Assembly: GCA_964304625.1 (NCBI GenBank)
Contig: OZ199838.1
Location: 2,107,329-2,171,328, forward strand
DNA from: Kudoa neothunni
Lineage: Eukaryota; Animalia; Cnidaria
Reading direction: 5' to 3'
Length of the DNA stretch: 64,000 nucleotides
Made by a program: the position numbers and the translations under genes. Of this stretch, positions 1 to 13,468 are shown piece by piece; within the stretch, counting starts at the first letter, position 1, and each line of letters begins with the position of its first letter. The notes beneath the pieces are model-generated. The model made no database searches and was not told where the DNA came from. It saw nothing but the letters and a program-made list of their open reading frames with translations.

Positions 1-274
1 CACTCCTAAAATTAATATTTTAAAAACTAAACATAAAATAAAAGTACTTTGAACATGTATACGAGTATTTCTCAATATCATCGTCACAAAGATCGATTGA
101 AGTATTGTTTCTTTTTCTCGTTGTAGCTTGGAGGCGTAGAGTGTTATACCTGCGGCAATTCTTGCACCGATCAGGCATTTTTTGTAATAGACTCTTATTC
201 GCTAGGTAAGTAAATAGAGCACTCACATTAAACAAAAGTTTATAAAATTTACGCTGAAGTGAAAAATCCGCCAT
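1..274 (-). CDS. 5' part of a spliced gene running off the window edge; CxxC-containing hypothetical protein (possibly a zinc ribbon)
   Basis: ATG GCG GAT at 274, then GTAAAT...TAG intron, then an exon encoding PDRCKNCRR...YSYTCSK followed by a GT donor. Family not recognised. Confidence 0.35.
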
Positions 275-2579
275 CGAAAAAACATTTGTTAATCGGATTA
301 AATTATAAAAACATAAATTTTTAAATTTAACGTGAGATATAAATATAGCAGTTACTATTACATCTATAATTATCGAAAATTAAAAACACCACTAAATCAA
401 ATATCTCTTATCCTGTGTGATTCTTTAATCGCGAGAACATATTTGATAATATTACAAAAATTAAAAATATAAATTTCATGAATTATTTATGACAAATTAG
501 GCTGAAAAAGGTTATGAAAAGGTATGCGCATTACATTGCGCGCTGTCCGATTGTTGCCGAAGTGTGATTTTTTGCAACTCTTTAGAATAAAAATTTTGGT
601 CTGATTTGTGATCACTCAGTATTTCAAAAATGTTGTGAATTAAGTTATAAAACAATCGAGAGTGCGTGTGCACGGGAAGGTGCTGAATTTTTGGAGCTGG
701 ATACTCCCCCATTACCGTCAACTTATTGAAAACAGATTAGCACCAACAATAATATTACCACTGCACGCGATTTGCTAATGGGTTCAGTGATATGTGTAGA
801 TGACTTTAATTTATATTATTTAAATTCAATTGTAACTTTAACTTTGCTCTTTTAACACTTTAAACCAGGGCCTCCCTATTGGGGATGCGGATAACAAGTT
901 TCGATGTACCTAGATCATTTAAGTGATTATAATTACATAATATTAAAATAGTGAAATGTTTGGTATCAAAAATGGTAAGGAAGAAATCACCTACAAAATC
1001 TGTATGTGAATGAAACATAACACCAAATTTTTCACCAATAATTTTATAAATATAAAAATTTCATAAAATCTAAAATTACTCAAATAAAAACAATGTCTCG
1101 ACATATACATTATGTCAGATCGAAATAAGTCGACTACATCTCGTCTAATCATGTTGTGTTAACCACTTTTTCATTTTCTGATGAATTTTTATTTACTAAT
1201 AAAATAAAAATTCGTATTACAAAAATATTAAATTCAGTTTAAATTTTTTTATTTATGTATTGAAATACCACATTTTGAAATAGTTAATATTGGATTTAAA
1301 TATTATTCATCAACTGGGTGGATGACACATTCTTAAATTAATTATTCAATGCGATCAAAAAGGTTTTTATATCATGATTTGAAAGAAATCTTATCAAATA
1401 ATATTAAGAATACTGTGGTAGAATTAACAAAATTTTGAACTTTTGGTAATTGAGGTATTTGAATAAAAATGTAAATTTTAACAAGAAATAATTTGGTTGA
1501 AATTTTGGATGAATACAGAAATTAACACAAATTCAATAAATGATATAAACTTATTTATCAAAAACAATTAAAAACTGTATTGTTAACATATACGTTACTC
1601 TGATAAATACAATATTTTGCATTTTTTTATTTGGGAATTATTACCTACAAAATCAAATCTAAAAATGTCGGAAAATGTAGTTCCATTTTTTTCCTAACAA
1701 GCATAAAATTATCCTGCATAAAAACAGTTTATAATATAATTTAAAAAAATATTTGTACAAATTTGTTAGGAAAAATACGTATAATTTTTGTATGTTTTAA
1801 CAAAATACCCCAAAAATATTTATAAACTAAAAAAATGGTTATACTTACAAAAAAAGCTGATAAACGATATTTGATTAAATATGACTACTAAAAAAAGCAT
1901 TTCTCTTCATAATATACGAAAATTTCAAAATATGGGTTCTGATAGTGCATTTAAGCATTGAATTAATCAAAAAAATTATACTAAAACATTCAAAATAATT
2001 AAATAGGATTGTAAAAAAAATAAACACATTCCGAAATAAGAACGAACGTAATGGAGATAACACGTGATCTAAGTCTTTTTGTTACAATCTATAAATTTAG
2101 AAGTGACCTTTGTGGTGGTACTATAGAGTCCATAATTTCTTGTTTTAAAAAACAAATATGGGAAGAAAAATTTGATTAGTGAAGATGTTCTTTAGATGCC
2201 ACAATCTTCATCATTACATTGTCAATTAGAGGATAAAATTCCCCAATCTTGCAAGATTTGCATGCTTTTGTGTAAAATTTAATATTTAATGATAAGACAA
2301 ATTTTTTACTTAAATCTCGTTAGCTGAATATTGTCACCCACAAATAAACAAACAATAAAAAATTCCATAATAAAACCCTAAATAACTAATGAAGTTATCA
2401 AAGATAATTAAATAGTAGTAGATTGTGAACTAACTTTGGATAATTAGTATACTTCCTTAAATCATAAGTGAGGTAACTGATTCAAGAAGAATAAAATATT
2501 TAGTGTAAACATATTTTCAAATGAAGGATAAATACTAATTATATCCCTTCCTATTTTTAATCCTAAAGCTTTTTCCAAT

Positions 2580-3822
2580 ATGGCAAGCCACCAAAAAGTT
2601 GGGAAATGGAAGGAAGAATACGCCAAATATGGTTTACTAAAAAACTCGTCGATGGTGTTGAAAAACCACTCTGCGTTCTTTGTAATGTCGTTTATTCAAA
2701 TTCCAACTTGAAGCCATCAAAGTTGCTTCAACATTTTGAGAACAAACATGGTGGTAAAACACATATAAGAAACGATATCCAGTCATTAAAAGTGAAAAGA
2801 GCGCGCTATGACCTAAGGGGAACACTTCCTATATTGGGGTTCATTTTCCTGGATAAATCCTTGTTTCTCGCTTCATTCAAAATAGCTTATGAAGCGGCAA
2901 AAGCAAAAAAACCCTGCAATATTGCAGAGACGTTGATAAAACCATGCATTTTGGAGGCAGCAAAGATTGTTTTGGATGAAGAAGCAGTACAAAAACTCAA
3001 AGGAATACCACTATCCAACAATGTTATCCGCAATAAAATTGATGAGATAAGTGCTGATATTCTTGATCAAATAGTTCCGGATATCAACGCATCTCCAATG
3101 CAAATTTCACTCCAGCTGGATGAGTCAACGGATGTCAAAAACTTTACCGATTGGTCTGAAATCAACAATGGATTATTGTATCAAAATAATAAATTTCATA
3201 CGCGGAAGAGCTTTAACTCATAGACTTTTTAAAGCATTTTACAATGAAATTAACGAAGAAGCTTGTGTTCTTATCTACTACACAGAAGTAAGATGGTTGT
3301 CTCGAGGATGTGTTTTAAGTCGGTTTTTTGACTTAAAATATGAAATCGAGAAATTTTTATTGGATCAAAAGTCGGATCTTGCTAATATTCTCAAGTTCCA
3401 AAATTTCTCAATAATGTTGGCATATCTCACTGATACCTTTTAACACTTGAACGAATTAAATTATTCGCTTCAAGGAAAAGATATAAATATTATAAATGCT
3501 TCTGACAAGTTACGAACATTTCGCTAAAAGCAAACCCTATGGATTGTCAGGATAAAAAATAAAAATGTGAATTCCGAAATTTTGTAAATTGAAATAAAAG
3601 ATCATTCGGAAAAATCGAAGGAGTCTTTTGATGACTATTTTGCTACTGGAAACTTAAATGAATCTGATAGCTGGACTGTCAATCCATTCGCCTTCCACAT
3701 GGAAAAAATGGAGGACGATGAGGACGAAAAAGAAAATTTGATCGAGTTGAGATCGTGCCAATCAATGAAACTGTTGTTTGAGTCATGTTTACTTGAGCAC
3801 TTCTGGTGCCACGCCCTAAATA
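2580..3822 (+). mobile_element. Degraded hAT (Buster/ZBED8-SCAND3-like) transposase, truncated by a pogo insertion
   Basis: BED-finger-like PLCVLC...LKPSKLLQHFENKH, ISLQLDESTDV and YYTEVRWLSRG motifs spread over frameshifted ORFs 2606-3223, 3120-3443 and 3699-3902. Confidence 0.85.
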
Positions 3823-5068
3823 CAGTCGAGATTGGATATTGCGTGATTTCATCTTCAATATATCCAGGGAGCAGCGTGAAATTTCTGAGAAAATTAGAAT
3901 AATACAATATTACAATTCAATAAAATCAATAAAGGACGCAAAGAAAATGACGGTTGAAAAGTTTAAACTTAGTGGTATGATTATTTTTAATCGATAACAA
4001 TTTATTTCTTAAAGGACATTCAACGCTTGACAGAATTCTTTCTCATGAAACCAAGCTGAAAAATTCAGATGTTGCATGAAATAGGAAGAGGCATTCAAAT
4101 GGAAGATTTATCAACATAGACGAATAAGTTATAAATGGTTTATCAAAAAACGCACCAATGGTCACATTATTTCTGGTGACGTAATACTTGAAATGGCCAC
4201 CATAATTGCCAGAAAGAATGAAGTTAAAAATTTTCAAGCATTTTCATGGTGAAGCTGCGAGCGCTAACGTCGCGTCTATTGATTCGTGGATCTATGAAAA
4301 TAAAAATTTGATAAGCATGTACAGCCCAAAAAATATAATCACTATTGACGAAACTGGTTTGTTTTATGAGCAATTACAGAACAGTAGTTATTTATTAAAA
4401 GAAGAAAATGACATTAAAGGTAAAAATCTATCGAAAAAAAGAATAACGATTTTGGTATCGTGCTCTTTAAGCGGAGAAAAGTTGCCCTTAGTCGTAATTG
4501 GGAAATACCAAAACCCCAGGTGCTTCAAGGGGGTAAAAAATTTACCTTATGAGTATTATGCCCAAAAAAATTCTTGGATGACCTCTGCTATTTTTTTCCA
4601 GATAATGAAAAAATTAAATTTTAAAATGGAGTCAGAACAACGAAAAATACTAAAAGTGTTTTAAAGCCATTCAACCTCGGAGTGATTAATTTTCTTAAAA
4701 GTAGATATAAAAAAATATTGTCAACTGTTTTAAAAAGTCGGGCATATTTAGCGAAAGTAAAAGCTAATGCGAACTTCAAATATTAATTCATTATCATAGG
4801 AGATACATAGACGGAAACAAATGATAAAATTTTCGAAGATGAACAGAGTATAAATATTCAATAAAATTTCAATATTTTTATAGTCGAGGAAGAACCAAAA
4901 GTTCCAATAAAAGATATAAAGCATGCCGTAAGTACATTAAGGAAGGTGTTTATTCAGAAAGATCCATCTGGACTCATCGATCTTCATCCGATAATGGATC
5001 GAATTTTAAAAATATCATCTCAAAGATGGCATCAAACTAAAATTACTTCATTTTTTCATAAAAATTAA
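3823..5068 (+). mobile_element. Degraded pogo/Tigger (DDE_1, CENP-B-like) transposon
   Basis: TA|CAGTCGAGATTGGATATTGCG pogo-type left end at 3821-3843; ORF 4206-4664 has DETGLFY, KKRITILV, GEKLPLVVIGK..NPRCFKG and NSWMT; C-terminal PIP-box-like QTKITSFF near 5032-5055. Confidence 0.85.
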
Positions 5069-5343
5069 TAATTTTGTCTGGTTGAGTTAAAGTAGGATAA
5101 ACGCACAAAACAAGTTTAAATCGAATATTTTTACAAGTGCGCATGTGCGTGACTCGATATTGCTTAAAACCTTTTTATTGCGTAATTTTTTATGAATAAA
5201 TTAAAAGTTGTAAAAAAAGAAGATAATAAGAGAAAACAGTACCATAGTATTTAATTTGTAATCTAAACGAAATAATGTCACAGACGGAAAAAACGTAAAG
5301 TAATTCAAAAATTTTCATCCGACTGATTAGCAACTTGATCACG

Positions 5344-7501
5344 TTAAGTGATTCTAACAGTCTTAACTTCATGAAGAGTTGGGATGTTGGGTGGGCCCAC
5401 GTATGATAACTCTGATTCCATACATTCCTGCCAACTTAGGGATGACAGTAAATTTGGCATTCAGGATATCATACTTGCTCACCTTTCTATAAAAATACTT
5501 AAAAAAATACATAAGGATTCAATAACCCGATAAGTTTATTCTCATTCTCATCACAAAAGTCCAGTTCAAGCAACACATTCACATTTTCCATGTTATAAGG
5601 CAGTGTATTATCCATTTTGACCACAATTGGACAACTTCTATCAAGAAAAATTTTATTTGGCACAGTAATAGTTATTGGAGGAGTTTCTATAGGATAACGA
5701 ACTTCTTTCTTGTAAAACTGTCCTTGGTAGGTGAAAAAACCTTCCACCAAAACTATGCATGCATCGCTTTTGATATGACCAAGTATGGTTCTAGCATCCA
5801 CTTTAAACAGATCGCTTTTTAATTTTTTGCGGCCAAATTTTAAAGTTTTAGTAACTATTTCGTCTGACAGGATGTTTGGATGATGTATCACATAACATTT
5901 GAGAGTTAGGTCAATTTTATCCCCTTTACCATATTGCAGATCTACTTTTAGCTCTAAACCTTGCCCCAACAAAATGGATTGTTTATGAGAAACATTTTCA
6001 AAGGTTAACGATATCTTTTGATCACTTTCATCATCTTGCGTCGTGTCGGCGTTTATTCTGCTAACTTTATCCAACACTGAACCTTGTTTGTGTTTGTAAT
6101 TGTCGGTGATATCGGACACATCATTCGATCCAATAGCTTTAGTGACAATTTTTTTTCCTATTATTGAATCTTGCTCGAGAAACTTCTGGGGTTTGCCGTC
6201 AACCATCACCATTTGTATCACATTGGCATTCACCTCACTGTAAACATACTTGGTTTCAAAGCCTACGTTTAGATCGCCGGTTTTCACAGCAATCACGGGA
6301 ACTGGACCACAGGTAAGATGTGGGTTTTCTGATGTCTTTTTTGGTGTTGCATCGCATACCTGCCATCCATCATACTTATCTAAGCAAGGATACCGTATGT
6401 TACATTCCACCCATGAGTGGAAGGTGAAGACAGTGTCCTTTGATAGCTCACGTATCAGTTTGTAATTTTCGTCATGATACACCTCTAGGTCAATGGTACC
6501 ATCATTGTCATTAGCTATACTGTATCCGGTGACTATTCTAGAACCAATTCCAGCCAATCGACAAACTACACTCGACGCTGGTAAAAAGTACAATCATCTT
6601 CCAATTAATTACTTGAACACAGAACGCCTGCGATTGAAATGCCATGACCGTATTTGACTATTTCCTTTTCAGCGAGAAACTTTTCAAATATACCCTTTGA
6701 ACCGGTCCAATCTTCTGGATTTATTCCATCATAGGATTCCCTTTCCTTCGTAAATTCAAGAATTCCATCTTTCTCCAAATTGCTTATCATCACAGTGAGT
6801 TCTCTTGCGAACTTGTACATACAAGATCTTGAAGATTTATCCATTTTTCTTAGAATAACTAACAGCGTTTCAATAGCAGGTTTGCTGAACTGATTCAGAC
6901 ACCAATTCTTCGATTTTATATAATCAGGGTGACCATAGTAAATAACTGTTTCTGGATTCAGAATATATTCATCTCTCTCAACATCATTAGGCATATACGT
7001 TTCATCATCTTAAATCATAGCAATAATTGTATTAGCATAATAAAATGCGATAAATTTGACAGAATACTTATATTCCATGGATTGCAAAACATCAAAAATT
7101 TTTCCCTCATTAAAACATTATCTCCCATCTTTAGAGTGATCTCATATCCTCCGATGTCGCAATTAACAGGAGATTCCAGCTGACAAACTGGATCCTCGCC
7201 AGATTTGCGAATCACTTTCACTTTCCATTTGGTTTCCGATGTGTCTTCCAATGAGTACGACTAAATTCATTTCAAATTTTGACAACTTACAACAAAATAC
7301 AATTTTAGCTTCATCCATAATATCACCATTAGCTTCTACGCGTAAAGAGATTTTCTGCGAATATTCATCGATGCCTTGAATAGTATCCTCCTTGAATGAG
7401 AAATTGTAAATCCCCCCTCGACGAATAATTGGGTCGTCCCACATAATCGAACCAACCGATTTAACCTCATCCTTAGCATTCACACTTTGCGATCCACCCA
7501 T
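5344..7501 (-). CDS. Transglutaminase-family protein, 5 exons, catalytic Cys replaced (pseudoenzyme)
   Basis: Four GT-AG introns (40, 59, 47 and 40 nt) join MGGSQS..IIRRGG..FCNPWNINDETYMP..EYILN..PEDWTGS..VKYGHGISIAGVLCSICRLAGIGSRIVTGY..FHSWVEC..GWQVCDATP..CGPVPVIAVKTG..VYSEVNA..DITDNYKH. The stop is at 5369 as assembled, or 5344 if one extra C is removed. Confidence 0.9.
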
Positions 7502-9558
7502 GTTAATTTTTTATCGCGATCCCAACGAGAAACTATCAGTAACGATATTAGTATCACTCACGAAAACTCTTTTATTATAAATATAATACTACAATCTACC
7601 TTTTAAAAACAATTGATTCCTATGCATAAAAATAAGAATAACTAACTTTCAGTTCTAAAATATTCATTATTCCTATGAGTGAAACTGATTTTTTTGAATG
7701 TTCCGCAGTCAAATTTGATACATTTATTAAAATAGAATATAAAACTTACTTGATATTTTATCTATTTTTAAATAATAAATAAACCATAATTTAATCTTAA
7801 TTTTATACAAAAATTTTTTAGTTGAGGTTACCGTCATCATCAAGTTCAGTCATAGTTTGTAAGAACATCGTTATATAAATTAAAACATCCAATAATTAAA
7901 AGTTCTAATATATTATATTTTAATATCTGAATAATTTAATATCTTTATTATTTTATCAACTTTAATGCAAGCAATGATTAAATCCAAATAAAACAACCTA
8001 AATATGACTATTCGGATCGAAATCATTTTATTATTATTCAGTGATTGGACCATGTTTCATGTTACTATATTATAAATGTAATGATTAATTAAGAAAATTA
8101 TTTTATATTTATATATTATTTTAATTTGTCAATGGCGAACGAATATTTTTTTAAATTATCATGATAACTTTAGTTCCGATAAATTCATTATTCGGATCGT
8201 GACCTAGCCGCATCAATACTGAAGATATGATTATTTTTTGGAAGAGAATAAATTGATCTTAAGTTTCGAAATTTCAACATTTAAAGTATAAATTTTTAAA
8301 ACCTAGGCCATATATTTTAGTTTGAAACATCAATTAAAACTATTACATAAATGTTACTATCAAGGTATTAGTGAATAACCGTTTAGTTTCGGTGTTAATA
8401 CATTGGATACAAATAAATTGATGATTAAAATTAAATATAATAAAATCTGTTTAATCATAAACATAAAATATTTAAATGCTTTATAATTTATTTACAGCAA
8501 CAAATATTTACGCTTAATGGGCCGAATCGAGATTCGAGGTTATTCCATTTTTAATCCTATTTTCTTGAGGCACTATAATAATCAATACTTTTGTTTAAAA
8601 TCAACAAAATTAACCTTTAATTATTATTTTTTAAATTTTCTTATCTACCAGTTGTTAATACTAATACAATTGTATTTCCTTTAAAAAATTCACAATAATA
8701 TTTAAATCTTAAAAGTATATTAATCATTTTATTACATTTACTAATGAATTTTTAAAAAAATACTTTCCTTTCGGACTCGGTTTTATAAACTCATAATACC
8801 CTCTTCTTGTTATTAAAAATATTTCTTATCATTAGATTGAACTAATGAATCGGATATCTATTTATTTAACACCCATTAATACCCAATTTTAAGTATCTAC
8901 TAAAACTTTGGATAATTAACCAATCTTTTCAATATTCCCCTCTCGTTCAATTATTTAATCCCATCAACTCTTACTCACAGACTGCATACAGATTTTATTT
9001 TTTAGATTTTGCTAAATAAAATTATTTATTTCTCATTTCTCCTTTCCCAGGGCTAGAAATGATTAAAAATAGTCAAAACTAGTGACACCTGAATATTATG
9101 TATCATGACAATAGTCATTTTAAGTATTATTATTATTAGGTTACACCACTAAAATATAAACGAGACATAAAACAAAGATACTGAGAATAATTTTATAGAT
9201 AGCTGTTAAAAGCTTATTCCTAAAAACATTTAAAGAATTTTTGCCTAATTGTTATTGAGTTTAATAGCCCTGAATAATATAATTCCTTAGAAATCGAGAA
9301 GTACGCCATTAACCCATAATGCAAAAATTCTCCCTATCTAATTTTGATGTTATTTAATTTACCCTCGGTTGAGAACCCCTGCATTAGAGAGTTAAACGAC
9401 GGCGCACCACATAAATGACACCGCATGTTTCAAAAATTTTTATTCCATTTTGTAATAATTTCCTGTATTCGTTAAACTAAAAAAGTCGTGGGGTCCTTTT
9501 TACTTCAGCCCAGAGTCTGTCGAAGGAAAAAATTTTGATTGATTATATGTAATCAATA

Positions 9559-11431
9559 CTAGCGCAAAAGCCCCGCTTTGCGAAGGTTTCCTTTCCCAGC
9601 CAAATAGGTTAAAACCTGGCGCAGACTAAAGCCTTGATGATTTTTGAGTAGATAGCGCTAATGTCCAGTTTTGCCTGGTACTGTGTGGTGGAAAATTTTA
9701 ACGATTAGTTTTATTTCTGAATGGAGAGATTCTACGATTAAGTTAATTTAATTAGCAGGTAAAAAACTGTAAATTTAATTTTTCTATTTTAATTGTTGTA
9801 TTTTAAAGCTTGTCATTATTTTTGCAATGTGATGATTTAGAAAAACAAAATTATGCGCGTACTTTCCATTCAAATATAAATAGAGATATTGAAGGAAAGT
9901 AATAATTATTTTTACGTTTATTTTACAAATTAATGACCAAAAATATGACCTTAATTTTTTGAGCAATTTAATTAACGATTAAAGTTCATTTATTTATTAA
10001 ACAAAATCATTAAGTAATTTGAATAGGACCTTAAATTCTTTTAAAAATCTTACGATAAAAATATTAATTGTTACTCCGTTTTTGCAATTTTATAAATGAT
10101 GTTTTAAAAAGCTGTGAGGGGTAACTTACGTATTCACTATTTTAACATAATTTGCCGATTTTTAAAGAAATGAAACCTTTCTTTTTAACAAAAATACTTA
10201 CTTCTTCAAAAATATATATATTTAATTATCAAATACGATTAAATCAAAAATGTAAAGGTATTTTTTGTTTAAAAAATTACAGTAATGCTTAAATATCACC
10301 TGTTTTTCTCGAAGGAGTGCACCCTTTTAAAAATAACGTACTGTTTGAGTGTCCTAAAATAATTTCTTTGTATTGAACTATTGATAGATTAACGAAAACT
10401 TTGTGAAAATACCGGTTAGATCGAACAAACCAATAATTTCTTGTTAGCCTACATCACACATATAGAGAGAGGACTGTATTTTGTGCAAAAGTAATCGTGA
10501 ATATAAATTCTTAAATTACATATAGAATGAGGTGTTGCATATTTTCATGCAATTTTTATAACATAATGAATTATTTTTAACGAATAGAAAATTATATATT
10601 GATTTGAATATTAACCTTAAGGTTTGGATTTAAGGAATAATTAGGTTACTAAGAACTTAAACATTATTTAAAAAGTTATCTCATCAAATATAAACTTACC
10701 GAATTAGTTATGTCTGCTGTTTTGCAGAAAAGTTTAGGGAAACCGAAACACAAGTAAAAACTTATCGAAATGACGAATATAGTTTGAATCTCAATCGACA
10801 TATTCGATAAAATGAAATTTAAACCTAAAAATTTATCATAAAAATTTAATTATTTGAAAACTCTACACACATTCTATATCGTTTTTAGGATGCGTGTAAA
10901 GACCCAAATTATTCCAACATGGCAACAACTTCAATAACGAATTATGTGTTTTGTTTAAAATGACCATAAGTCTTTCTCTCTTAACTATACTCATAACGTT
11001 TGAAAATGAATGTAGAACGTAAATAATTTGACTATGGTTAAAATTTTAAAGGACATGCTACATCTCTTATAAATGTGACGATAATAGTTCTATTTGTCTT
11101 AAAATTACTCCAAACAGACATATGTAACCTTTCTAAAAATTATACAATATATTTATCAGATTCTCTTTGTATGCAGAGAGTAAAAGCTCATTCTAATTAA
11201 GTGTCACTCTGAAGTAAATAAACCAATATTACGCAGGTACCTATTAATCTGGTAATTGATGTAAACAGCCAGAAAATTCCTTACTTCTGATAACGATATT
11301 GATCATATTTATACTTTTAAGTGAATGAACGATTTTTGTTAATGGTATCATCTGTTCAAATGTGAAATAAAAGCTGTATTAAAAAAAAGTTTCTCCATGG
11401 CACACGCGCACTGTGGGCACAGACAGACAAG

Positions 11432-11468
<37 letters not shown>

Positions 11469-11470
11469 GA
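9559..11470 (-). mobile_element. Non-autonomous Helitron
   Basis: Minus-strand 5' end A|TCTTCTATATAT...AAAATCTTGTCTGTCTGT; 3' end GC hairpin CGCAAAGC-GGG-GCTTTTGCG followed by CTAG|T; A/T insertion site and no TSD. Confidence 0.7.
11438..11465. repeat. (AT)n microsatellite at the Helitron 5' end
   Basis: Run visible in the sequence. Confidence 0.9.
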
Positions 11471-11613
11471 TTCCTTATCAAATTTTTTAAAAATCTATTT
11501 ATTAAAGGAATCTAGGATAGTGGACGAAACTTTAAATATGTCAGATAATTATTAAATATTCTATGAACAAATTATAATCTTGATGGGGTCTAAAGACCCC
11601 AAGCCCATTAGAG

Positions 11614-12260
11614 AAGTGTTTGCCAAACTTTTTTCTACCGTACCCCACTTATTTTCGAAAAAAGTTCTCTGGCACATATTTCTTAAACGTATTAAGTTTG
11701 TTTTACTTAAATTTTTTTTAATTTTAACCATAGCTCCATTTCACATTTAAATTTGAAAGCAATGAATATATATTTCTTTTCTGATTAAAATTAAAATGTG
11801 TTCAATCCTATCTAATTTAATTTATCGAATAACCTTAAAAATTAACATCTTTAATTCTTTATCCCATCGAAACCAGCATCAAGTGGAACTCGTGGTAAGC
11901 CAACCTTCGTTAGGAAAGACTTTCGTGTATATGGGGTTAATGAACCGAAAATAAAAAATTTAAACACAAAATTAATCAATATTACAGTAGGTTTAATCAA
12001 AATGAGGGATATATAATTGATTCTATTCGAGTGAAGGACACGTTAAATATTATTACTAATTTTTATATAATTAATCATTTCGTTTGAATTTTTTATGATA
12101 TCTACTGTCACTTAAAAATAAGTGACATCGAAAATTGCGATATTGACTTCAAAGTACGTCATACTGCACAATTATTTCATCATTATCCCTGTCACACGGA
12201 TACTCAGGATTTTCCGCGTCCCACCAGGGGAGGGGTATGGGACTCACGTTGGGAACATTG
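11614..12260. mobile_element. hAT (Buster-type) MITE copy 1, inserted in a piggyBac-type terminus
   Basis: Ends AAGTGTTTGCCAAAC / GTTGGGAACATTG; 8-bp TSD CATTAGAG/CGTTAGAG; internally homologous to 59403-61437. Confidence 0.8.
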
Positions 12261-12559
12261 CGTTAGAGGGTTAACCGAAATTTCAATATCCGAAATTAAA
12301 ATTCTTAGCCAACATAAATTCCGAGAATTCGAATTGGACATTAGTAATAACAAATAAATGAAAATCACGTTAGAATATTCACTTAAAGTATACAAAATTA
12401 AGTTGTAATATGTCCTGGTTTAAGATGTTTAAACTAATTGTTAATTAAAATATAATCACCCTTTTTTTAGTAGTCTACGTAAAAAATTATCAAAAGCAAA
12501 AAAAAAGAAATCGTTCAAATGGGACCAAATGAAAATATAAGCATTAAAACAAATATTTA

Positions 12560-13431
12560 TTACAAATTTGAAGGTTTAAAGTAGATGGTGGTAATAAATT
12601 TTTCTCTATATCTTCTGGAGACGCTCATCGAGTAAATATTATCCTGGAATTAAATAAAAAAACACACGAACAACGATCGTCAAACTTTAGTTGGCATACA
12701 ATAGACATGCCTCAGGGTGACGGGTTCAGGAGCTCCGAGTTCAATTGGTTCCCCCTAAAAATTCATAACAACACCAACAGATTAGCTAATTATCACACTA
12801 GTCACGTACAAAAGAATCTTTGTTGGATTTGAATTTGTTGAGGATTGAGTTCATATTATGGGAGGGGAGAGTTGGTGGCGAGGAATTGGATTTCGAGGTG
12901 TTATTAGTAGAATGTGGAGAATAATGAATTTTATTGACTTTAGAAAAAGGTGGACTATTATCACTTAGGTTGATAGGGGGTATAATTTGAGTGAACTCGT
13001 CATTCAAATTGGATTCATCCACATTTGGTTGGTTGTTTTTGCAGTTACCATACGCATCATCTACAATGTAGAGCAAATTAAAAATAGCTCCGCTCAATTT
13101 CCAAAATGGTCCTTTTATTACATTGATTAGATGTTTTATTCGAGCATTCGGAAGCATCCAAACGCAAAGATTCAAAAACATTGGTATCACTGTTAGTGAC
13201 GTGGATAACGTTGTTTCTTCCCATGTGGCCATCATCTACGGTACTCTATAGTGGAGAGATGACATGGCAATGGGCAGGAAAGTCACATACAATATTATGA
13301 TTGAATTTCCATTGGTTATCTACCAGAAATTTGAATTCATATATGCCTTCTTCCAGTTCAAGAATAGCGAGAAATTCGTTGCCGCTAATTGTGGATAGTT
13401 AAGGTGGGGAAAAAGTGTATTGTTTGTGTGT

Positions 13432-13468
<37 letters not shown>

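Noticed and set aside
866-9381. Composite hAT element (CAGGGCCTCCC at 866 to GAGAACCCCTG at 9381) carrying the transglutaminase gene
   Set aside because: TIRs match only about 9/15 and flanking 8-mers (CTTTAAAC vs CATTAGAG) only 5/8; they are more likely ends of unrelated copies.
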